The notes under the pieces were generated by a model that worked only from the letters and a program-made list of their open reading frames with translations, was not told the DNA's origin and ran no database searches. A DNA stretch of 64,000 bases from Armatimonadota bacterium (GTDB lineage: Bacteria; Armatimonadota; Fimbriimonadia; Fimbriimonadales; Fimbriimonadaceae): the NCBI GenBank assembly GCA_031400935.1, contig JANNQV010000027.1, positions 186,001-250,000 of the forward strand. Direction: 5' to 3'. Positions 21,858-31,075 of this stretch are shown here, piece after piece. Positions within the stretch are counted from its first letter, which is position 1; the number at the start of each line of letters is the position of its first letter. Position numbers and translations under genes: made by a program.

Positions 21858-23288
21858 CTACTCTCCGTTACCGTACGCCGGAGATGCGGCAATCGTTTCG
21901 CCCAATTCTAGAGATCGCCTTCGAGAACTCAAAAGGCGAATATGCAGCGCGCGATTCGATTCCGCTGTTAATTGTACGCGATTCGAGAGGCAGATTCCCG
22001 GAATCCAGATCGGCCCAAGCATGTCGCAAATGATTGGCAATCTCCTTCGGGCTAACTGAGTCAACCCAAATTCTCCTACGATGTCGCTTACTTTTCGAGT
22101 TCCCTCAAAGCCAAAAGGTTCCAATTCATCCCCTTTTTCGATCGTTCTCAAGAAGAGAGTTCCTCGAATTCTTGAAGTGTTTAAAATTGCGTGGCATCCA
22201 GTGCGAATCTGAGGTTGAGGATCGCCTTCACTAGCCTCGAATCGCCAACCAAATTCAAGGCTTTCCGTTTCGCCAGGGACCGTCAATGGGAATCGAAACG
22301 GTTCAAAAACTTGCAGGTTTCGAAACTGAATTGTCTCTAGATTCGTTTCAGCAACAACGTTTCCACCTTCCGCAGTTACAGCGCCGTTTGATCCACTTTC
22401 GATCAGATCAAGCAGAGTTTGAACTTGCAAGCGGTCAAACGACTGGCCCAAAACTCCGGTTACCAAACGAATGGCTCGTTGCACCAAGACTGCCGGAAAT
22501 TCGACGAGTTTGCCTCGATCCAAGTGAATTTCAACATCTTCCGAAATGAAACTCAGTACCCCGTTGATTTGCATTTCGCATCGTTCCAAGACCGCAGCCG
22601 CTAGCCCGTTCAGATATCGGTCTTCATCAGCCAAGCTATTTGAAAACTGGACCAAGTGTTCTGCCGCCTTTGAATTCACCTTTTCGAGTTCGGGAACTAT
22701 ATTTCTTCTAACCCGGACTCGCGCGAACTTTTCGTCAAAATTTCCTGGATCATCAATGGTCACTAGTCCGAATTCGCAGCAATACGATTCGGTTTCATGT
22801 CGAAAATAGGGCAAAAGTGGACGGATAATATTGCCTCGCTTTTCAGGAATTCCCAGCGCTCCCGACATTCCCGATCCTCTTGCGAGGTTGAGAAGCACCG
22901 TCTCGGCTTGATCGCTTGCAGTATGAGCCGTTGCAATCAGCAAGCACCCAGTTTCTGCGGCCGCTTTTTCAAAAAAGTGATAGCGGGCAATTCTGCCTGC
23001 TTCTTCAATTCCAATTTTCCGGTCATTTGAGAGTTTCGGTACATCGGCAGCGCCAGATACGAATGGAATGGAAAACGATTTGCAGAACGATTCGCACTGA
23101 GCTTGTTCACTATCGGCCTCTGGCCTCATTTTGTGGTGCAAATAGGCTGCAACTATCGGAATTTCAAGCGAATGAAGCAAATGGATAAGACAAGTTGAGT
23201 CCGCTCCCCCCGAATATCCAACAAGAACTCTGTTTCCGGCGGGAATCAAATTGGATTCGGTCAGATGTTTGCGGAATCGTTCTAGCAC
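21858..23288 (-). CDS. tilS: tRNA(Ile)-lysidine synthetase
   Basis: SGGADS, TAHTASDQAET, IRPLL; conserved position upstream of ftsH. Confidence 0.95.
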   Translation of the reverse strand: MLERFRKHLTESNLIPAGNRVLVGYSGGADSTCLIHLLHSLEIPIVAAYLHHKMRPEADSEQAQCESFCKSFSIPFVSGAADVPKLSNDRKIGIEEAGRIARYHFFEKAAAETGCLLIATAHTASDQAETVLLNLARGSGMSGALGIPEKRGNIIRPLLPYFRHETESYCCEFGLVTIDDPGNFDEKFARVRVRRNIVPELEKVNSKAAEHLVQFSNSLADEDRYLNGLAAAVLERCEMQINGVLSFISEDVEIHLDRGKLVEFPAVLVQRAIRLVTGVLGQSFDRLQVQTLLDLIESGSNGAVTAEGGNVVAETNLETIQFRNLQVFEPFRFPLTVPGETESLEFGWRFEASEGDPQPQIRTGCHAILNTSRIRGTLFLRTIEKGDELEPFGFEGTRKVSDIVGEFGLTQLARRRLPIICDMLGPIWIPGICLSNRVQLTAESNRALHIRLLSSRRRSLELGETIAASPAYGNGE

Positions 23289-23308
23289 TCTGACAAGATT
23301 GTGCCGCG

Positions 23309-23422
23309 TTTGGGAGTGCGCGGGCTTGACCGCGCTTTTTGTTGGCTATATGCCTTCCCGCATTACCTAAAGTTTCTTGAAAATTCAAGGAAAAGGCGCG
23401 GTCAAGCCCGCGCACTCCCAAA
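23309..23422. repeat. REP doublet, GGGAGTGCGC family
   Basis: TTTGGGAGTGCGCGGGCTTGACCGCGC ... GCGCGGTCAAGCCCGCGCACTCCCAAA. Confidence 0.9.
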
Positions 23423-23523
23423 AAGGAGGATATACTCTTGAAGCCGCCACGAGATAGCTCTACGATTGCTTGTGTTTAATGGTGGAAATCAGGTGAAACC
23501 AATGACAGATCAAGGAGGCGATA

Positions 23524-24942
23524 GTGGCAGCAGAAGAACGCAACTTCGTCGAAGTTCTAAGATCGTTGGCGAAACTGGACAATCCCGAAGTAGTTCGGCA
23601 TACGGTCGCTGAATTAGCGATTCGCCCTGAAGACTTCGCTGAAGCCTTTCCTCGGCTTGATTTTGATGAGCAGCTTTCGGTGCTCAATCAAATCGAGGCG
23701 GATGAAGCTGCCCAAGTGATGGTCGAATTGCCGACTGAAATAGCTAGGGCACTTGTCGTCGAACTCTCCGACGAAACTGTCGCTTACTTTTTGGACGTTC
23801 TTCCTCCCGACGATGCCATTGACCTGAGCGAAGAACTCGAACCCGAAAGGTTTGAAGCGCTTTTGGAAGTCATTCCGACAGAGGACGCCCAAGAAATTCG
23901 GCGTCTGATGGCGTATCCCGAAGATTCCGTTGGCCGTCTTGTTACCGAGAAGTTTTTTGAAGTCGCTCCGGACATGACCGTCGCAGACATTTTGACGCTG
24001 ATTCGTAGGGCACCGGAAGACAAATACGAAACGGTCAACGACATCTATGTGCTCGATGAAGGGCGGCATTTGATCGGCCTTTGCAGCCTTCGCAAGGCTC
24101 TAAGAAGCGATTTGGATGCCAAAGCTCGCGAAATCATGCGGGACGAGATCATCACCGCGATGGCGTTCGATTCAGCAGAAGAAGCCGCTCGAACCATGTC
24201 TCGATACGGTTTTTACGCACTTCCCATTCTAGATCGCCGCGGACGGATGATCGGCATCTTTACTGGTGACGATGCCCAGACGATTTTGCAAGAAGCGGAA
24301 TCGGAAGACGTTCTCAAAATGGGCGGTGTCGGCGGCGATGTAGAAGCCTATCTTTCGCTAAATGTCTGGCAGATTGTTAAGCGAAGATTGCCATGGCTAA
24401 TGATATTGTTTTTCACTGAGTTTTTAACAGGATCGGTCTTGCGAAGATACATGAACATTTCAGCAGAAGCGGGCGTAGGCGCGAACCAGCACTTGCTACT
24501 CCTAAACAACTTGGCTCTTTTTGTCCCACTATTGATTGGTGCTGGCGGTAACGCAGGTTCGCAAGTTACCACAACTATTACTCGAGCACTTGCACTTGGC
24601 GATGTTCGGCCCAGTGATGCATTCAAGGTGTGGAGAAGGGAACTGGCTGTGGCTGGCTGCATTGGCGGAATCTTAGGGCTCTGTGGATTCTTTCGAGCGT
24701 TTCTGCCGATAGTGGGATGGAGTCAAGGCTGGCATTTCTCGCTGGTAATCGGTCTCGCACTTCCAGCAATTATCATTTGGGCAGCATCAATTGGCAGCCT
24801 GCTGCCCGTTGCAGCGAAGAAGTTAGGAATTGATCCGGCTGTGATGAGCGCTCCGTTTATTGCAACTTTTGTTGACGCGACGGGCTTGATTATCTACTTC
24901 GAGATGGCGAATTTGATTTTGCAAGAAAGTTTGGGAAGATGA
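23524..24942 (+). CDS. mgtE: Magnesium transporter MgtE
   Basis: CBS pair, RLPWL, GGNAGSQ, DPAVMSAPFIATFVDATG. Confidence 0.97.
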   Translation: MAAEERNFVEVLRSLAKLDNPEVVRHTVAELAIRPEDFAEAFPRLDFDEQLSVLNQIEADEAAQVMVELPTEIARALVVELSDETVAYFLDVLPPDDAIDLSEELEPERFEALLEVIPTEDAQEIRRLMAYPEDSVGRLVTEKFFEVAPDMTVADILTLIRRAPEDKYETVNDIYVLDEGRHLIGLCSLRKALRSDLDAKAREIMRDEIITAMAFDSAEEAARTMSRYGFYALPILDRRGRMIGIFTGDDAQTILQEAESEDVLKMGGVGGDVEAYLSLNVWQIVKRRLPWLMILFFTEFLTGSVLRRYMNISAEAGVGANQHLLLLNNLALFVPLLIGAGGNAGSQVTTTITRALALGDVRPSDAFKVWRRELAVAGCIGGILGLCGFFRAFLPIVGWSQGWHFSLVIGLALPAIIIWAASIGSLLPVAAKKLGIDPAVMSAPFIATFVDATGLIIYFEMANLILQESLGR

Positions 24943-24943
24943 T

Positions 24944-25010
24944 TGGAAACGCTGGGAATGGCTGGGGATAGTTGGGAATTGCTGGGAATCGCTGGGAATG
25001 GAACTAGGAA
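24944..25010 (+). repeat. Decamer tandem repeat (GCTGGGAATN)
   Basis: Five to six degenerate 10-mers directly after mgtE. Confidence 0.75.
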
Positions 25011-25130
25011 TGGAGCGCGGAATTCATTCTCGTAGATCCCGCCAAAGGGCAATCGAAGATCGGGACGCACCCTGGTCAGCCGAATTCATTCGGCCGAACA
25101 CAAGAATTTCAACGTAGAATAGAGCTAGAC

Positions 25131-25481
25131 ATGCCTTGGATTCTCTTTTACGATGGCGGATGCAACCTTTGCCATGCAAGCCAGCTTCGGGTTGAACGCT
25201 GGGCGATAAAGGCAGGCCAAGAACTTCGCGCAACGCCTCTGCAAAGCGAGGAGGGAATCGCCAAAGGATATCCAATGGACGGAATGGTTTTAGAAGCGGA
25301 CGGAGTAGTTTATTCTGGTGGAGACGCCTGGCTTGAACTCATGAAAGTCGCTCCTTGGTATTTGCGGTGGCTGTTTCCTATAAGGAAAATTCCAGCAATT
25401 CGGGAACTGTTGAAGTGGGGTTATGGAATTGTCGCGAAATATCGGCACAAGTGGTTCGGCAGAAGAGAGTGCAAGATTTAG
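25131..25481 (+). CDS. DCC1-like thiol-disulfide oxidoreductase (DUF393)
   Basis: FYDGGCNLC and Y..VAKYRHKWFG. Confidence 0.9.
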   Translation: MPWILFYDGGCNLCHASQLRVERWAIKAGQELRATPLQSEEGIAKGYPMDGMVLEADGVVYSGGDAWLELMKVAPWYLRWLFPIRKIPAIRELLKWGYGIVAKYRHKWFGRRECKI

Positions 25482-25600
25482 GACCGAGGTCATTAGATCA
25501 CGGGGTCATCGGGTGATTGAGCGATAGGATTTAGGTTTCGAGGTTTTGGGCAACAAAGTTAACCTAATAACTTAGTGACCTAATGACCCAATTTCCGAAT
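25478..25600. repeat. Octamer inverted-arm repeat (TAGGTCAT / ATGACCTA type)
   Basis: Degenerate 8-mers between convergent genes. Confidence 0.6.
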
Positions 25601-26796
25601 CACGGCAAATCAACAAACGCCTTTTTCTGCGTCCATCCCCAAATCGCAAAAAGCAGAACCAGGATTCCGCCAATATGTAGCACTAGAGGCAGCGAAGTCC
25701 AGCTTGCAAGCCAACCGAAAAACAGCGTCCCAAACGGCCCAAGTCCCGAAAGCGCCCAAATGTGCATGGCAATCACTCGGCCCCGCAAACGATCTGGAGC
25801 AATCATTTGAAAAAGTGCATTTGTGGAATTGAACTGCATGATCGCGCACATTCCAAGAAGGCCAAAGAGCGGAAACGCAACCAAACCTGATCTTGCAAAA
25901 CCTAATGCAAAAAGGGCTAGCCCAAAAACGGTCATTCCGATTCTGATCACCAGGCCCCGCAAGTGCCCGGTGCCTCGAGTCGAAAGGAACAGCAAGCTCA
26001 AGATCGCACCTACGCCAATCGAACTGAGCGCATAACCCAAGCCCTGCTTGTCCAGATGCAGCATGTCTTTGGCAATTGCTGCCATGAGAGCTAGATATGC
26101 CAAGCCAAAAGTTGAGACAGCGGACTCCAGGATAAATAGCGTCCGCAGCCGCATATCGCGAAATGTGAATCGCATGCCTTCTAAGATTAAGTCTTTGATC
26201 GGTTGCCCAGAATCCGGCGTGGGGTCCAAATTTGCCCGGATCATAAGAACGCCAACGATCAGGAATAGATAACTCGCCGAGTTCACAAAATAGCAAACAG
26301 ATGCTCCGACTGCCCCTAGCAAAAGCCCTCCAATTACCGGCCCAATGATTCTTGCCAAATTGAATGTCATTGCCTGCATAGGAACTGCGGCGGACAAATC
26401 TTCCATCGGAACGACTCGGCTCACGGTAGATTGGCGAGTTGGCATTTCAACGCTTCCAGCGAACCCGGCAATGGTTGCCACGATCAGAATATGCGCATAC
26501 GAAACGTATTGAAAATGGGTCATAAACCCTATGAAGAGAGCGCCAAGCGCAAAGATCAAAGTAGTGATCACAAGGACGTTTCGCTTGTTAAACCGATCAG
26601 CCATCACACCAGCAATTGGACCAATGAATGCGACTGGAGCACTCGAACAAAATGCAACCAAACCTAATTTCGCTTCGTCATGAGTGAGTTCAAAAACGAG
26701 CCATTGTTGCGCGGTACTCTGAACCCAAGTTCCGGTAAATGAAAAGAGTGCTCCAAGCCACAGCAACAGGAAATCGCGGTGGCGGAGCGCACGCAT
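25600..26796 (-). CDS. MFS transporter (DHA3/MFS_3-like)
   Basis: 12 TM helices, GVMADRFNKR, FNLARIIGP, PDRLRGRV. Confidence 0.92.
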   Translation of the reverse strand: MRALRHRDFLLLWLGALFSFTGTWVQSTAQQWLVFELTHDEAKLGLVAFCSSAPVAFIGPIAGVMADRFNKRNVLVITTLIFALGALFIGFMTHFQYVSYAHILIVATIAGFAGSVEMPTRQSTVSRVVPMEDLSAAVPMQAMTFNLARIIGPVIGGLLLGAVGASVCYFVNSASYLFLIVGVLMIRANLDPTPDSGQPIKDLILEGMRFTFRDMRLRTLFILESAVSTFGLAYLALMAAIAKDMLHLDKQGLGYALSSIGVGAILSLLFLSTRGTGHLRGLVIRIGMTVFGLALFALGFARSGLVAFPLFGLLGMCAIMQFNSTNALFQMIAPDRLRGRVIAMHIWALSGLGPFGTLFFGWLASWTSLPLVLHIGGILVLLFAIWGWTQKKAFVDLP

Positions 26797-26888
26797 GAGC
26801 TTGATTTACCCTATGGGTTCGATTCTTCGCATTCAAAAAATCAACTCTCTGAGTTTTTGCGTCCTACTACCGATGATTGAGTAACGAC

Positions 26889-27977
26889 ATGGCAGAGTCA
26901 AAGCGTCTTAGGATTCTCCAAATTGTCTCGAGCACCACAACTTCGGGTGCCGAGAGAAACGCGCTGGATTTGAGTCGCGAGCTAGTTCGGCGAGGACATT
27001 TTGTCCAAGTCATCACTCCTGAAGGCGGCTGGCTCCCAAGAGAATTGCAGCGTTTTGGCATCGAAACGACACAAAGGAACATGAAAAAGGCAGGCTGGCA
27101 TCAAACGCTGGGCTATGTCACTCGGCGTCTGAGACAAGGCAAGTTCGATCTTGTTCATTCGCATTTGAGCCGAGCGACGTACTTTGGAGCAATCGGCGGA
27201 TTGTTTGCTCGAGTTCCAGCTATAAGCACGGTTCACATCGGAAATCACGACCGAATTTATCGTTGGATGGCGAGGCGCGACAATCGCTTGATTGCGGTTA
27301 GCAACTATGTTCGCGGACTCTTGCACGGGCGTGAAATTTCCGACCGATTTATCGAGACCATTTACAACGGCACGGATTTTTGCAATATGCCGCCGAAGGG
27401 GCACTTAGGTTCCGGCTCAGGGTTCGCGGATCGTAAGGGACCGAAAATCGGGCTCATTGGTCGGGTGTGCCAGGAAAAAGGGCATCGGGAGATGATTTTG
27501 GCTCTCAAAGAAATCCGGCAAGAGTTTCCGACTTGCCATGCCTATTTTGTGGGAAGAATCATTCCTTCTTTTGAACCGGAGCTTCGTTCTCTGATTTTTG
27601 AAACTGGTCTTTCTGAAAACATCACGCTTTGCGGAGAGCGCGAAGACATTTCCTCCATCTTGGATGGGCTCAGTTTTACGGTGCTGCCATCACACAAGGA
27701 GACTTTCGGCATTGCAGCGATCGAGTCAATGGCGCGAGAGAGGCCTGTTATTGCATCAAGAGTTGGCGGTTTGCCTGAGATAGTGAGGCATGAACAGAAT
27801 GGTCTGCTTGTTGATTTGAAGCCGGATGCGATTGCTGAAGCTTGTTGCAGGCTGATTTCAAACCAAGAGGAACGTGAATCAATGGGAGTAGCCGGGCGAG
27901 AAGTCGTGGAGCAGAAATTCACACTTGGGCGGATGGTTGATCAGATCGAAGCATTGTATTCGGGGATAGCACGATAA
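26889..27977 (+). CDS. Glycosyltransferase family 4
   Basis: GAER, ETFGIAAIESMA, VGGLPEIV. Confidence 0.92.
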   Translation: MAESKRLRILQIVSSTTTSGAERNALDLSRELVRRGHFVQVITPEGGWLPRELQRFGIETTQRNMKKAGWHQTLGYVTRRLRQGKFDLVHSHLSRATYFGAIGGLFARVPAISTVHIGNHDRIYRWMARRDNRLIAVSNYVRGLLHGREISDRFIETIYNGTDFCNMPPKGHLGSGSGFADRKGPKIGLIGRVCQEKGHREMILALKEIRQEFPTCHAYFVGRIIPSFEPELRSLIFETGLSENITLCGEREDISSILDGLSFTVLPSHKETFGIAAIESMARERPVIASRVGGLPEIVRHEQNGLLVDLKPDAIAEACCRLISNQEERESMGVAGREVVEQKFTLGRMVDQIEALYSGIAR

Positions 27978-27980
27978 CTC

Positions 27981-28089
27981 GGGAGTACGCGGGCTTGACC
28001 GCGCCAAAGTTACGCGATTCGCGATTCGTGATTCGCGAATAAGGAGTAACGAATAACGAGCTAAGGCCCGGTCAGGCCCGCGCACTCCC
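27981..28089. repeat. REP doublet, GGGAGTGCGC family, with internal TTCGCGA heptamers
   Basis: Inverted arms as at 23309; spacer contains GATTCGC/GATTCGT repeats. Confidence 0.8.
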
Positions 28090-28126
28090 AAAACTCCCAA
28101 GTCCCCCATGTATAATCTTTGAGCTT

Positions 28127-28212
28127 GCCCGGGTGGCGGAATGGTAGACGCAGCGGACTTAAAATCCGTTGCTCGCAAGAGCGTGCGGGTTCGAGTCCCG
28201 CCCTGGGCACCA
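28127..28212 (+). tRNA. tRNA-Leu(TAA)
   Basis: GCCCGGGTGGCGGAATGGTAGACGC...CTTAAAA loop...GGTTCGAGTCC...CCA; TATAAT at 28111-28116. Confidence 0.95.
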
Positions 28213-28321
28213 GAACCTTGTATAGGTTGTATGAGATGGATGGGTTGGATGCGGGGTATAGGGAGCAGGGTTTAGGGTACGTGTTTTGGAGTCTCGTCGA
28301 ACCGCCAACCGCTTACCGCCA

Positions 28322-28870
28322 ATGAAAGATTCGAGCCAATTACCGGACAGCGAAGAATCTCGCGAGAAGACATTATTATTGCGATTGAGGATGCGGGTGG
28401 TATGGGCACCTTTAGGGTGCTTCGTCCTCTTTACTTTTGTCAATTCCCTAATGCATGATTTGTTCCAGCAAAAACCAGTAGATTGGATTCTACAGCTACA
28501 AATTCTGAGTTTATTCATCGCCTACCCGTTAGTGTTTGCTTTTGCTTGGCGCTACACGAACACAATTCTAGTTACAAAGGAAGGTGTCCTCTTTCGAAGT
28601 CTATTTGCAAGAAAACACTACATTTCTTGGAGAACAGTTACCAGCGTCACGAGTTTTTTCTCAAAAGCCTTGTGTTTGGATTTCCTTTGCGATGGTTCAA
28701 AAAAACGGTCAGCCCGAATCCACAGTTCCTATTTCACCGACCCCAAATTCATCAGGTTCGTTGAAGAAAACAAAGTTCAACTTCCGATAGGTTTAATCGA
28801 AATCCTATCAAAAGACGACAAAAAATCTCCAGAAGAGCTACCTCAAGTTCAGTCCAAAGAGGACTGTTGA
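28322..28870 (+). CDS. Hypothetical membrane protein (two TM helices plus bacterial PH-like domain)
   Basis: Two TM helices, then ILVTKEGVLFRSLF...ISWRTVTSV. Confidence 0.6.
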   Translation: MKDSSQLPDSEESREKTLLLRLRMRVVWAPLGCFVLFTFVNSLMHDLFQQKPVDWILQLQILSLFIAYPLVFAFAWRYTNTILVTKEGVLFRSLFARKHYISWRTVTSVTSFFSKALCLDFLCDGSKKRSARIHSSYFTDPKFIRFVEENKVQLPIGLIEILSKDDKKSPEELPQVQSKEDC

Positions 28871-28980
28871 GAGATATGCAGGGTATGGGGTGCGGGGTAT
28901 ATGATTTAGGGTGCTATGTTTCGGAACCTGCCAACCGCTTACCGCTAACTTCTGTCTGCTAACCGCCAACAACCAATATC

Positions 28981-29604
28981 CTAGAATTGCCAGCCAAAGC
29001 TGATTCCCGGATGCTTATACCAAACCCACAGCAATGAGACGCTGCTCGTTCGTCCACGATGCGTCAGCATCAAGTGCGATTTCTTCCCATCGTTCATTGG
29101 TAATAAAACCCATTTCGGCGTTACAAAAATGCTCATCCCAAACGGAATTGTGAATCCGTTGTCATGCTCTGAATAATTCAGCGAAACATAGGGCACGAAC
29201 CGATTTTGAAACGACTTTGCCGCAGTAATGTAGTAACACATCGGGCCGGGCGGAGTGCCGATTCTGTCGCTGGAAAGTCCAAAGTTCAACATTGGCTTAT
29301 CAATTGTTTCCAATTGGATCATGTAATTGAGCAGAGGTCCGACTTCGTCAGCTTTTGGGTTGTATTCGACGCCAATTTGGAGCTTAGGATCAACTTGATA
29401 CATAACCGTAATACGCTCGCGGGGGCGATCCAATTCAACATCAATGAACCTCGCAGAAAGGGTCCATTTTTTGTTTGTGTCTCCTGAACTCAGGAAACCA
29501 CCTTCACCTGGTCAAGAAGTTCAAGTCGGAACTTGAGCTGGAGCGGTTTGTTGACAGAAGGCAATAGCGGGAAGAATTGCAAATCCTATTGCTAGAAATC
29601 TCAT
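28981..29604 (-). CDS. Candidate selenoprotein: exported beta-barrel-like protein with UxxU motif
   Basis: MRFLAIGFAILPAIAFCQQTAPAQVPT-TGA-TS-TGA-PGEGG... is in frame with ORF 28981-29433. TGAs at 29523-29521 and 29514-29512; downstream hairpin; C-terminal SFGWQF. Confidence 0.7.
29479..29498 (-). promoter_or_regulatory. Candidate bacterial SECIS hairpin
   Basis: GUUUCCUG-AGUU-CAGGAGAC; loop is 21 nt after the second UGA and 30 nt after the first, with G in the loop. Confidence 0.55.
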
Positions 29605-29673
29605 TGTCTTCATTGTAGCCATTTCGAACTCCAACTGTTTTACGATCAGAGAACCAACTACAATTCAACTGAA

Positions 29674-30984
29674 ATGGCTTTGAGAAGGGTAGTTGTAGTT
29701 GGTGGAGGAGCGGCTGGAATCATTGCGGCGTGGCGAGCCGCTATTCTCGGTGCAGAAGTAACTTTACTTGAAAAAACGCCTCGACTAGGTACGAAAATTC
29801 TCATTTCTGGCGGCGGGAAATGCAATATTTGTCACGATGGACCCATTGAAGATGTACTTCGAGCTTTTCGTCAAAACGAAGTACGATTTCTTAGGCCGTC
29901 CGTGTACAGATTTCCAAACACTTCGGTTTTGGAAATTTTCACTTCTCGCGGCCTTGAGGTTTACACTCGGCCAGATGGAAGGGTGTTTCCAGTTAGGCAG
30001 ACCGCAAAGGAGGTTGTTGGGATTTTGAGATCGGTTCTGGAATCTGCGGGTGTTACGGTTCGCTACGAATCGCCTGTAACCGGCCTTCAATCTGACAGTG
30101 GGATCATTCGTTCTGTTTTCGTGGGAGATATAGAATTCGAGGCAGATTCATTTGTGGTTTCAACGGGCGGAAGCTCGTATCCGAATTCGGGGACGACGGG
30201 CGATGGTTGGTCTTGGGTGAGGGAAATTGGGCACAAACTTGTTCCCATAAAGGCGGCATTGGCGCCTGTTTATCTCTCTTTGACTCCACCCCCAACCCCC
30301 TCCTCTTTGCTCGTTCCTCACAAAAAGGAGGGGGTGCCCTGGAATTTTGCAGAAATCAGCGGAATTGCCCTCCGAGACATCCAAGCAAAGGCGAGATGCA
30401 ATGGCAAGGAAATTTCCAGATGGCGAGGGGACTTGCTCTTCACGCACCAGGGAATTTCTGGTCCTTGCGCCCTTGCCATTAGTCGTGAAATTGCTGAACG
30501 ATTTCACATGGACGAAGTGTCAGTTGAAGTTGATCTTCGACCAGATTTGACTCCAGAAGAGGTTGACCAAGAGGTTTCAGCTTGGGTGCTCGCAAATCCG
30601 AAACGACAAATCAGTAAACTCCTAGATTCAATAATTCCGGAAAAGCTTGTAAATTGTTTCTTGGATGATTGTAATGTCGAGCCGAATGTAGTGTGCGCGA
30701 ATTTGCCAAAACCTGACAGAAAGCGGATCATCGCGAAGCTGAAAGCATGGACGATTGGAGTAGTCCGAGCAGTTCCATTGGAAAAGGGGGAATGCGTTGC
30801 TGGCGGAATTTCACTCGATGAAGTTGATCCTCACACAATGCGATCGCAGTTCTGTTCGAATTTGTTTTTGTGCGGGGAAATGTTGGATATTGCTGGTCCA
30901 GTTGGCGGTTATAATCTTCAAGCAGCGTTTTCGACAGGATTTGTGGCAGGCGATGCGGCAGCATGTGGGAGTGCGCGGGCTTGA
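29674..30984 (+). CDS. HI0933/YhiN (BaiN-like) flavoprotein
   Basis: GGGAAG, KILISGGGKCN, GRVFP, LFTHQGISGP, GGYNLQAAFSTG. Confidence 0.93.
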   Translation: MALRRVVVVGGGAAGIIAAWRAAILGAEVTLLEKTPRLGTKILISGGGKCNICHDGPIEDVLRAFRQNEVRFLRPSVYRFPNTSVLEIFTSRGLEVYTRPDGRVFPVRQTAKEVVGILRSVLESAGVTVRYESPVTGLQSDSGIIRSVFVGDIEFEADSFVVSTGGSSYPNSGTTGDGWSWVREIGHKLVPIKAALAPVYLSLTPPPTPSSLLVPHKKEGVPWNFAEISGIALRDIQAKARCNGKEISRWRGDLLFTHQGISGPCALAISREIAERFHMDEVSVEVDLRPDLTPEEVDQEVSAWVLANPKRQISKLLDSIIPEKLVNCFLDDCNVEPNVVCANLPKPDRKRIIAKLKAWTIGVVRAVPLEKGECVAGGISLDEVDPHTMRSQFCSNLFLCGEMLDIAGPVGGYNLQAAFSTGFVAGDAAACGSARA

Positions 30985-31075
30985 GCGCGCTTTTGTTCCG
31001 CACGAATCCGAACAAATCTGTAGTACACCGAACCAATCCTACCGACCAAAGCGCGCTCAAGCCCGCGCACTCCCA
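30966..31075. repeat. REP doublet, GGGAGTGCGC family, overlapping both flanking stop codons
   Basis: TGGGAGTGCGCGGGCTTGAGCGCGCTTT ... AAAGCGCGCTCAAGCCCGCGCACTCCCA. Confidence 0.9.
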
